NCBI GenBank assembly: GCA_003707115.1
Contig: PPNB01000004.1
Coordinates: 248,001 to 312,000 of the forward strand
DNA: 64,000 nt
From: Tortispora ganteri
Lineage: Eukaryota
Reading direction: 5' to 3'
Position numbers and translations under genes: made by a program. Below are positions 51,487-60,312 of this stretch, piece by piece. Below the pieces are notes generated by a model. The model had not been told where the DNA came from. It ran no database searches and worked only from the letters and a program-made list of their open reading frames with translations. How positions within the stretch are numbered: the first letter of the stretch is position 1; every line of letters begins with the position of its first letter.

Positions 51487-51740
51487 CAAATCTAGGGTCA
51501 GGTTTGTAATCCTGTTTGATCTCCTGCTTCGTTTATCGATCTTTAACTGTATCCACTTTGACGAGTTCTTTGACCTTGAATATCTGCCCTAATATTGCGG
51601 GGTTTATGTTGTGATATACAATAGACCCACGTTTTCCAAGACCTAGACTCTTTAAAACGGCATAGTATTTGTCCGGTAAACCTATAGTGGACCGGATTTG
51701 TGTGATTCTATAGAACATTTTGTCGATGGGAAAGGTGAAC
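51487..51740 (-). pseudogene. Truncated MRPL33 duplicate (AAA>TAA at codon 62; homology stops before the normal stop codon)
   Basis: 95% identical to 48278-48531. ORF 51533-51718 gives 61 aa versus 83 aa for the intact copy. Confidence 0.85.
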
Positions 51741-51856
51741 TTCTCATGTTCATCTACCTATATCTTCTACATGACGGAAGTACATCCTGGAAACCTATAT
51801 AGTACGAGTTTAGCAGTGATATTTTCATTGCAAAGTAAGCTGATGCAGCTGGTGAA

Positions 51857-52360
51857 TTATAATTTCTCTTCACTGAGACCGTGTCTCCAGAAGATACAGT
51901 AAGGTGTGATTCCATCCTCGCGGTAGTTGAGGAGGACGACCATTCCATCGGGGTCCATGGATTCACCAGTGTAGAAATCGTAGTCTTTAAAGTTGGCGAT
52001 AACTTTCTTAACGTAAGTCTGAGCACCTTTCTCGAAAGTTTCAACCTGGTCAGGGGCACTCTCTTGTAAGATACCTTTGATTTTCTTCATGTATCCTTTG
52101 ACGTAAGTCAAGTAGCTCTTCTTATCAAAGGAGGTCTGTTGAAGACGGAAAGAATGAACGACATTAATGACAGTCTGAGCAGAGTCATCGACATCCTCTC
52201 CACCTTCTTCAGCAGAAGGATTGGCACCGATATCAACGTCACCTTCCTTAATTTGAACAGTTTGACAGTCCGCTTCATAGACAACGTCGTCTACGAGTTT
52301 TAAGTCGTAGGCATCAGAGATAAGCTCGTCGCCTGAAACTACGTCTTTGTACAACAACAT
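51857..52360 (-). CDS. TMA19: Translationally controlled tumor protein (TCTP) Tma19/Mmi1
   Basis: 'MLLYKDVVSGDELISDAY', 'DIGANPSAE', 'FYTGESMDPDGMV', 'YREDGITPY'. Confidence 0.98.
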   Translation of the reverse strand: MLLYKDVVSGDELISDAYDLKLVDDVVYEADCQTVQIKEGDVDIGANPSAEEGGEDVDDSAQTVINVVHSFRLQQTSFDKKSYLTYVKGYMKKIKGILQESAPDQVETFEKGAQTYVKKVIANFKDYDFYTGESMDPDGMVVLLNYREDGITPYCIFWRHGLSEEKL

Positions 52361-52716
52361 GATGTGATAATTAGAAGTTGAGATGAAGTGTATCGAAAAA
52401 GGATCTGTCTAAATCTATATTCTCTATTTCCTGTCAAGGTGTAGAAAATATTGCGAAATAGACTTTTTTTTTCGCCGAAAAAGGAAAAACATACCTAGCA
52501 ACGCCAAATCAGCCGCACGGCATTTTTTTCTTTAATCGCTTTCCCCGATGGCGCGTACTCCCAGCTAGGATTCATCAGCTCATTAAAATTTAACCACGCT
52601 TGAAAGCGTTTTTCTCCTCCTTCTCCTTGCATTTTGCCACTCAACCTCATATACTATTTAACGCGGTCTATTGGCGTATAAGATCTTTGTTATTGTTGTA
52701 TACGTACCTCTCTGTG

Positions 52717-53640
52717 ATGATGAAGGACACTTTAGCTATCGCTCTTAGTGGCGAAGCACCTCCAGTTGTGACCTTGTCACCGCGCACTCCTCTTCTCGAA
52801 TGTATCCCCGATGCATACTTCGCCGTAATATTACCAGTTCTAGTGTATTGGGTATATTCTTTGATATTTCTTGTTATTGATACTTATGACCTGCTACCTC
52901 AGTACCGCATACATACACCTGAAGAAATCACTTCTAGAAACAAAGTCACGCTATATCAAGTGATGCGCGATGTCTTTATTCAGCAACTACTACAAGTACT
53001 CGCCGGAATGGTTTTACACCATTTTGAACCTTCAGAAATGGTAGGCGGTGATCTCCTCGATATGTGGAAACTTCATCGCATGCTCCTGCCTATCTTTGGC
53101 TCATTAAGCGCACAATCTATACGCGCGTTGTACTACTATATCTTACCTACTGCACGCATCATTTGCGCGTTCTTCGTCATCGATACCTGGCAATACTTCT
53201 GGCATCGATATTTTCATATCAATAAAGCTTTATACAGGATGATTCATTCAAGACACCACAGGTTATATGTGCCATATGCCCTTGGTGCCCTATACAATCA
53301 CCCCATTGAAGGACTAGTTCTCGACACCGGTGGAGGCGGTGTCGCGATGCTGCTGTGCGGCCTGTCGAGTAGAGAGGCGCTGATATTTTTTACGTTCTCT
53401 ACACTCAAAACAGTAGATGACCACTGCGGTTATGAAATTCCTTATGATCTGTTGCAAATAGTTTTCCAAAACAACGCTCATTATCATGACATTCACCACC
53501 AAAACTTTGGAATCAAGTCTAACTTCTCTCAGCCATTTTTTATACACTGGGATAAACTCCTGGGCACTGAATACGCAGGTCAATCAAAGTCGCATTATCA
53601 TCTTCCGAATCATACAATATCGCACGTCAAGAAAGAATAA
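52717..53640 (+). CDS. SUR2: Sphinganine C4-hydroxylase
   Basis: His boxes 'DTWQYFWHRYFH', 'HSRHHRLYVPYA.GALYNHP', 'KTVDDHCGY', 'HDIHHQ.FGIKSNFSQPFF'. Start at the ATG at 52717 or 52720. Confidence 0.95.
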   Translation: MMKDTLAIALSGEAPPVVTLSPRTPLLECIPDAYFAVILPVLVYWVYSLIFLVIDTYDLLPQYRIHTPEEITSRNKVTLYQVMRDVFIQQLLQVLAGMVLHHFEPSEMVGGDLLDMWKLHRMLLPIFGSLSAQSIRALYYYILPTARIICAFFVIDTWQYFWHRYFHINKALYRMIHSRHHRLYVPYALGALYNHPIEGLVLDTGGGGVAMLLCGLSSREALIFFTFSTLKTVDDHCGYEIPYDLLQIVFQNNAHYHDIHHQNFGIKSNFSQPFFIHWDKLLGTEYAGQSKSHYHLPNHTISHVKKE

Positions 53641-53769
53641 AACACTTATAACTATTATTATCCTCTTCTCCTACTTTCTCCGCAACCCGCCAAAACCTAC
53701 TTCGCTATATAATTCCCTAGTGTAATCCACCCCGCCTTTACCCTTACCCTCACCACCTAATAGTTACAA

Positions 53770-54327
53770 ATGGATGGCCTGTTTAAGGGAGGATGGCACC
53801 CTGAAAGAGAAGAAAATGGTAGCGGCCGTCGTTCATCTAAAGTCACTTCGGGTGCTTTTTCGAAACTCCGCGGCATGGATCCTAGGCAAAACAACGAACG
53901 TGACTATGAGACCTTCAATGCTCGTCCTCTTGAATCTCTGACAGATCCTAAAACATTCGCTCCTCCTCCTAAGCATCGATTATACCACCCAGAGGCGCAA
54001 CAGCCGACTGCAAATTCTCCACAATATCAGAGTGCGCCTTTGTGTAATCCTCCTGTTCCTTATACGCCAACCACATCTACCGGTCCTGCTGCACCCTGTC
54101 CTGCTTACCCGCAGCCATCCCAGCCCTCATATCAACCCGCTTATCAGTCTACTGCTCCAACTGGCTCCCCATCGCCGGTACCTGTTGCAGCCCCTGTTGC
54201 AGCTCCTATTTCTGCGCCCACTGGGGTTCCAGTTACTCACCCCGGTCCGCCACCACCAGCCAGACCTAATATACCAGCAAGGCCTACCCCACCTCCTCCT
54301 TATATTCCGACCACCGTCACTCAATCT

Positions 54328-54369
<42 letters not shown>

Positions 54370-55575
54370 TCGCTACCTCAAAGATGTTCGATTTCTTCAT
54401 ATTCGCACCAATCTGATTCTCCGCCGCCCCCTCTCCCAGGAGCCACTCCTACTCTTCCTCACGCGGCGCCTACCTCCTCTATCCCTAATTTTGCCGCCGA
54501 AATTGCTCGGCGATCTTCTTCCCCCTTCTCTTCCACTGCTTCAGGTGCTCTGCCTGCTTTGTCGCAAGCGAAACCAAAGCCAGCTCTTCCACCTAAGCCA
54601 AAGAACCTGAAAGCTCCGCCGATTCCCGCGAAACCTAGATCCCTTTCACAGTTCACTACTGCCGCGAAAAGTCATCCTGCAACTGCTCCCCCCAATCAAG
54701 CTGTGATCAATCACACACCGCCAGTAACCGCAACTACCCAATCGGTATCTCCTCCGATGCCTGTTGCGGCTCCTGCTCCAGTGCCTAAACCTACTCCGGT
54801 CACCGTTCAGGCGCCAGTGAAACCGATCTGGAGTGCTCCACAATACGACCTTGAGCTCAGCACTGGTTGGTTTGCAAGACAACCGTTGTCCTTGCCGTCT
54901 TGTTTTGCCGGCATGCCCTATACTATTTCATCGACACAGCTTGGCCATTCACAAACTCTTATTATCTCTGTTCGGAACACCACTGACCTTTCTATTTTCA
55001 AATTGAATTGTACTTTCGATCCCAGCCGACCTGTGGAAACTGTCCAAGCGCAAAGGGTCGATATACCTCCACCACCAGAACTTCCGGAATCTGAGCTTCT
55101 CAAAGCTTCATCTTTCTTTGGAGAGCATGTAGCTTCTTGGTGCGAACAACACATCAATCAACAAGTTGGCAATGGTGAGTGTTGGACATTGGCGCACGAC
55201 GCCCTTGAAAGCGTGAATGGGTGCATGCCCTCTCAAGGGTTAGTGCATGGTCATCTAATTTATTCTTGGGAGGATGGATTAGTTACCGGATCTACGCATA
55301 ATATTAAGCGCGGTGATATTATTCAATTTCGATCTGCATGTCTAAGAAGCGGTAATAGAACATCTTATGCCGGTGCGCCGGATCACACCTCCGTTGTGGT
55401 TCGCATCGACGAGCCTAATCTTGGTGCTGTTACGGTCTTAGAACAGAACGTTGGTGGTCGTAGAACTGTCGGGTATGGACAGTATGCTACTACTGAAATG
55501 GTTTCTGGATCTCTGAAAGTGTACAGGCCTATGTGGGCCCAATGGGCTGGAGAGTTATCGACTCATTGGCCATAG
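53770..55575 (+). CDS. Aim3/Bbc1-like actin-patch protein: Pro-rich region plus C-terminal cysteine-proteinase-fold domain
   Basis: N-terminal 'RPLESLTDPKTFAPPPKHR' (Aim3-like), polyproline tracts, C-terminal 'VGNGECWTLA..GDIIQF..PDHTSVV..VLEQN'. Confidence 0.75.
54328..54369 (+). repeat. (CCTGCT)n hexanucleotide coding repeat (Pro-Ala)
   Basis: About 7 tandem units encoding a PAPAPA.. tract. Confidence 0.9.
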
Positions 55576-56438
55576 AAGTTTGATCACCTACGGCTTATCT
55601 TTTTTTATTTGCGCGTACAGAATGTTGGCTCGGGGGAGTTGTAATATCTCATAAGTGATATCACACCCGCTTGGGGTAGAGACAATCAGTAGCCTGTCTT
55701 GTCGTATCGTGAGCTGTTTGCGTCGAACGACATACCCATTCAGGCAATAACGCGGCCGAAAACCGAAGTCTATCTAACCCTTACCCTAATAATTACTGAC
55801 CAATAATAGTTCTTATAGTTCATCTTAGACGCTTGTATGCCCTTACCACAATCCGACAATCGGCCAATCAGAATAAAGCAAACAGAGGCTATAGGCATGG
55901 CCGCAAAACGCCGTAAAGGCTAGTCGACCGAGCATACGAAATATATAACTTCGCCATTTAAATATCTCAATTATCAAATAAGGAAGATAATACATAATAT
56001 ATAACCTGCTCATAAAGGCTATTGTCAGGATATTGCTAGAAAATTGTTGAAGTTTTAGACAAATAGCATCGCGAAAGTTTTACATCTGATAAAGTGAACG
56101 ATTGCGCTCTCTCTGCTCGTATATATAATCCCCCTGTTTTGCCATTAGATAGAAGCTAGTATAGGAAAAATTGGCTGGCTTCAGGTGGATGTATTATTAA
56201 TAGGCATTTTTCGGTGGGAAATTATTATATTATATTTGCATTAATCTGTTTATTATTGTTTTTTTTTTTATTACGAAGATCTTATCTTTGGTGTTGTTTT
56301 AATTGTTCGGAAAGACGGCAAACAGCAGTAACTTACGCATATTCGTGAATTCGCCTCTTCCGTTGTTCTTGTCTACTATTATTCTGGTCTTTTACTTTAT
56401 CGATTCTATATATTTCACTTGTTGTTAATCTCAAACTA

Positions 56439-57209
56439 ATGGATATCAATGGTATCGCGCCGGCGGGCCCGACACCGGCATTGTTGTCCGCCTCTACCAG
56501 TCCTACCGCTTGTTCTTCAGATTCCTCATCTCCTGAATCTCCAAACTCATACATTACATCACGGCCTAAGCAGCTAAGGAATCCTAAAACCCCGATGTAC
56601 ATACCGGCGGTTTTAAGGAATTCTAACTTCAAATCGAGCCCTCATGATACACATGTCTCCTGTGGATTGGGATGCAGTGCCTCTCACTACCACAGTTTGC
56701 CTTCGTCAGCTTTAGAATCTGATAAACATCCAACTGGACCTCCCAGTAAGAGACACTGGAAGCCTAATGACTCAGTGTCTGGTTGTTCTGTTTGCGCCAA
56801 ACCTTTCACATTATTCGATAGACGACATCATTGTCGACGCTGTGGTGATATCTTCTGTGGTCAGCACTCTAGCCATCTTCTTAGGTTGGATCAAGATTGT
56901 AATTTTAATTCTTTTGGAACATTATCACGTGCGTGTGATCGATGTGCGTTTGCTTTTTCGCAAGTGTTGGTGGAGAGGGAATCTTCGAAAGACATTCAGC
57001 CGAAGCCTGCCAATGGACAATCTTCGACATTCTCTCCCTCACCGATATTTTCGCAAGGCAACGTCTCCCCTACTACACCTCCTTCATCATACGAATCTGG
57101 TTTCCGCACGGAAGCTAAAGGCATTCCTACTTCTATCGGTTTGTTGAAACTTAACGATAAAGAAGTACCCAGTTCTGTTCCAGCAGACTGGAGCTGGTCC
57201 ACATTCTAA
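56439..57209 (+). CDS. FYVE zinc-finger protein
   Basis: WxxD-like 'HWKPND', 'CSVC..F..FDRRHHCRRCGDIFC', 'RACDRC'; C-terminal 'WSWSTF' typical of a fungal FYVE family. Confidence 0.9.
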   Translation: MDINGIAPAGPTPALLSASTSPTACSSDSSSPESPNSYITSRPKQLRNPKTPMYIPAVLRNSNFKSSPHDTHVSCGLGCSASHYHSLPSSALESDKHPTGPPSKRHWKPNDSVSGCSVCAKPFTLFDRRHHCRRCGDIFCGQHSSHLLRLDQDCNFNSFGTLSRACDRCAFAFSQVLVERESSKDIQPKPANGQSSTFSPSPIFSQGNVSPTTPPSSYESGFRTEAKGIPTSIGLLKLNDKEVPSSVPADWSWSTF

Positions 57210-57571
57210 AATCTGAGCAATGAATACAATGAAATACGTGGTTTTATTTGAGTATAAGGCACAGTAATAAATAGTTGTATGTTTATAATTACTGAATATA
57301 ATACCTGAAGTGCATTAAAATGTCTGAGGTTACCCAATTGGTTCGCACAATCGCAAAATCACTTTCTGATTTTCTTGTGTCACAGTTGCACAATGTCGAA
57401 CTGAGGCGGAAATACGGTTCTAATAGGAGTCAGGAGACTTACCTATGAATGAGTAGCGCAGCACTTTGCTTTTAGTCAGGCAGAGGGTATCATACGCTGA
57501 TCTCACGATGATTACGGTTCAAAGCATTTGCATTCCTATTCATGAACTTCTTCATCGTAGCTCAGTCACTA

Positions 57572-57743
57572 TATCACACATAAATGAGAAACGACAGTGA
57601 AGCGTGACAGATCAATTGCAATGTATATATCACATATAAAAAGAAGAAAGAGAGTGAAGCGTGACAAATCAATCGTAATGTATCACACATAAATGTGGAA
57701 TGAGAATGAAGCGCCACAGATCAAACACAATATATATATTCAC
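57572..57743 (+). repeat. Three degenerate tandem repeats of ~53-56 bp
   Basis: Units start at 57572, 57628 and 57681; consensus ~TATCACAYATAAA..GAGAGTGAAGCGTGACAGATCAAT..AATGTA. Confidence 0.85.
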
Positions 57744-57776
57744 GATTCTCTATATCCATCACTGGTAATAGCGCCA

Positions 57777-58658
57777 ATGGAAAACGCAGAGAAAAAAAAT
57801 ACTCTTTGTAGGAGGTTCGCAAAGGGGAAGTGTCAATTCGGCAATAATTGTTTATTCAAACATGAAATGACTACTAGCAGCATACAAAGTCCACTATGTT
57901 CCGTATGCCTTGAAGTTTTAGGGGAAAAGAATGTAAGCATGCTATATCCGTGCATGCACAAGTTTTGCACAGTGTGTATCAAGAAATGGGCCAATGAATC
58001 AAGAGCATCGGATATTCAAGTTCGATGCCCACTATGCAGGCAAACAGGAGTTATAATTCCTTTAAATTTTTATAACAAAGGTTCTCCACCATATGCATTA
58101 CTTGAGAATTATGTGATAGGCGTTTTCGACCATCCAGCGTCATTTCACAGTGACCACTCTTGGTTTGCAGTGCTAACCCATATGGCCAATTCCATTAATG
58201 TGAATGAAAATGTGATGAGTATATCAACAATTCAGATAATCAAACTGATAGGACTTTCACAGTGGTATCTTAAAATGTGCACGTCTCCGAATAGGGTCAA
58301 GATAAGCCTAGCGACTACTAGACTGTTTTCTAGGCTCTATGCGTTGACGTTTGTAGGATGGTTTAGGGCAGATCAAAACTTGTTTAACAGCGCGTATGAA
58401 TTAGCGCTGCACGTTCATAGTGATTATGATTACTCGTTTGCAGAGTGTCAGAGACTTATTTCTACTTTACCACCAAGTAAAAGTTTTAAATTAGTGAGCT
58501 TTGAGAAACAATTGTACTCTGGTGAACTGGATGGAAAGTTCACGCAAATAAGATATGTGCATAATGCCACAAACTCAGTATTATTAGAAAATTCGGCAAA
58601 AACAGCATGGGTTCAATCAAAAGCAAAATATTTGGCCTTGTGTGGGTTTACGAGCTAA
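57777..58658 (+). CDS. Makorin-like CCCH zinc finger + C3HC4 RING protein with an unrecognised C-terminal domain
   Basis: 'CRRFAKGKCQFGNNCLFKH' (CCCH); 'CSVC..PCMHKFCTVCIKKW..CPLCR' (RING). The upstream ATG at 57693 lies within the tandem repeat, so 57777 is preferred. Confidence 0.75.
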   Translation: MENAEKKNTLCRRFAKGKCQFGNNCLFKHEMTTSSIQSPLCSVCLEVLGEKNVSMLYPCMHKFCTVCIKKWANESRASDIQVRCPLCRQTGVIIPLNFYNKGSPPYALLENYVIGVFDHPASFHSDHSWFAVLTHMANSINVNENVMSISTIQIIKLIGLSQWYLKMCTSPNRVKISLATTRLFSRLYALTFVGWFRADQNLFNSAYELALHVHSDYDYSFAECQRLISTLPPSKSFKLVSFEKQLYSGELDGKFTQIRYVHNATNSVLLENSAKTAWVQSKAKYLALCGFTS

Positions 58659-58866
58659 GCATTTATGCAATTAATAATACTAAAATATACAAAAAAGTGA
58701 TATAAGCCATAAGGATAAGATCAACAAGACGTAAGGTCCAAATTTTGAGGTTTAAAGTTTCGGCTGGATCAAAAGTAAAAACTTCTCCATAAACCAGTTA
58801 GAAAACGAATCTATCATAAGATTTCTATTTTTTATCTACAAACTGTATTATTCTAGTTTATTAAGG

Positions 58867-60132
58867 ATGACTAAAGAGCCGGCTGTCACCCATGCTCATA
58901 AGCTTGCGGGCCGGGCTCTATATGAATCAATAGGATCACCTAGGTACATTGTTGCGCCCATGGTAGAGCATTCAGAACTTGCATGGAGAATCTTATCGCG
59001 GAAGTATGGAGCTGATTTATGTTATACGCCTATGTTTCACGCAAGGTTATTTGTCACGTCGCCTAAGTACAGACAAGAGAACTGGTGCAATGTAGACGGA
59101 TCGAAGTTTGACCGGCCTTTAATAGTACAATTCTGTGCCAATGATCCGCAAGAATTTCTAGACGCTGCTAGACTAGTAGCAGGCCAATGCGATGCAGTCG
59201 ATCTCAACCTTGGATGCCCACAAGGTATTGCACGTCGTGGGAATTATGGTGCTTTCCTGCAGGAAAACTGGAACTTAATTCATGATCTAATCAGTAAGCT
59301 GCATAATGAACTAGAAGTGCCTGTGACCGCCAAGTTCCGCATACTTGATACTCCGGAGAAGTCGCTAGAGTATGCGCGCATGATCGTTAAAGCAGGTGCT
59401 CAGTTTGTCACCATACATGGAAGAACACGAGAAATGAAAGGTCAAAATACTGGTATTGCCGACCTCAAAAGACTGAAGTTTTTACGGGAAGAACTGGGAA
59501 AGGAGCAGGTAATGTTTGCCAATGGTAACATCCTATACCCTGGAGATGCAGATCGGCTAATAGCTGCCACAGGTGCTGATGCGGCTATGTCTGCTGAAGG
59601 AAATTTGTATAATCCTGCCATTTTTCGGTCTGCTGCAACATGTCCCGCTGATATTCACCTAACGGACTGGCTCTATCCCCGAGTTGACAAAGTCTGTCGA
59701 GAGTACATCGATATTGTGAAATCTGTTCCAGAGAGTGCAGTATCAAAGCACGTTATGAAGTCACATTTGTTTAAAATACTGCGACCGTTTCTACTGGTGC
59801 AAACAGATATCAGGACGAAGCTAGGCAAGAGCTCTCCGCGTCATGATGACTGGTCCGTTTGGGATGAGCTGGTGAAAGCCGTGGAAGAGAGGGTATCGGA
59901 AATTCTTTCTAAACCGGAGAATGCCGCTAGGGACTTAGAAGTATACGAGGGTCCACTGGAAGAATGGGGCGGCCGGTACAAAGATATAGCCTATTGGCGG
60001 TGTCAGCCGTACTTCAGAACGGTTAATGGAAAGACCCCAGGGTATGTGAAGCCCATTGAGGAACCAGAATCAGTGAAACGATCTGCACCACTAGAAGAAT
60101 CTGACTCTAAGCGAGCTAAAATTGAAAACTAG
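58867..60132 (+). CDS. DUS1: tRNA-dihydrouridine synthase 1
   Basis: 'VAPMVEHSELAWR', 'YTPMFHARLF', 'DRPLIVQFCAND', 'DLNLGCPQGIARRG.YGAFL', 'YWRCQPYFR'. Confidence 0.95.
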   Translation: MTKEPAVTHAHKLAGRALYESIGSPRYIVAPMVEHSELAWRILSRKYGADLCYTPMFHARLFVTSPKYRQENWCNVDGSKFDRPLIVQFCANDPQEFLDAARLVAGQCDAVDLNLGCPQGIARRGNYGAFLQENWNLIHDLISKLHNELEVPVTAKFRILDTPEKSLEYARMIVKAGAQFVTIHGRTREMKGQNTGIADLKRLKFLREELGKEQVMFANGNILYPGDADRLIAATGADAAMSAEGNLYNPAIFRSAATCPADIHLTDWLYPRVDKVCREYIDIVKSVPESAVSKHVMKSHLFKILRPFLLVQTDIRTKLGKSSPRHDDWSVWDELVKAVEERVSEILSKPENAARDLEVYEGPLEEWGGRYKDIAYWRCQPYFRTVNGKTPGYVKPIEEPESVKRSAPLEESDSKRAKIEN

Positions 60133-60242
60133 ATTCAATTTAGAATGATAATGAACTAATTGTGTATGACTTTTTTTTTGGTCTTTAGTGTAATAATCAA
60201 GTATATTACAACTGTCAAAACCTTATTCACGCAACTTAGATC

Positions 60243-60248
60243 ACGCGT
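60243..60248. promoter_or_regulatory. MCB element ACGCGT upstream of the cullin
   Basis: tcACGCGTgg ~65 bp upstream of the ATG; a second ACGCGT lies just inside the ORF. Confidence 0.4.
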
Positions 60249-60312
60249 GGCAATCTATTAATGTCAACACGAACAGGAACAAATCACCTTCATTAAATTT
60301 GCCGCCAAAAAA

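Noticed and set aside
54032..54610. 192-aa Leu-rich ORF
   Set aside because: Alternate frame of the Pro-rich CCT/GCT repeats in the Aim3-like gene.
57472..57480. TTAGTCAGG, resembling a Yarrowia-type telomere unit
   Set aside because: Single partial copy, expected by chance.
57572..57743. Repeat array considered as CRISPR-like
   Set aside because: Eukaryotic context; units are degenerate along their whole length with no unique spacers; no cas genes.
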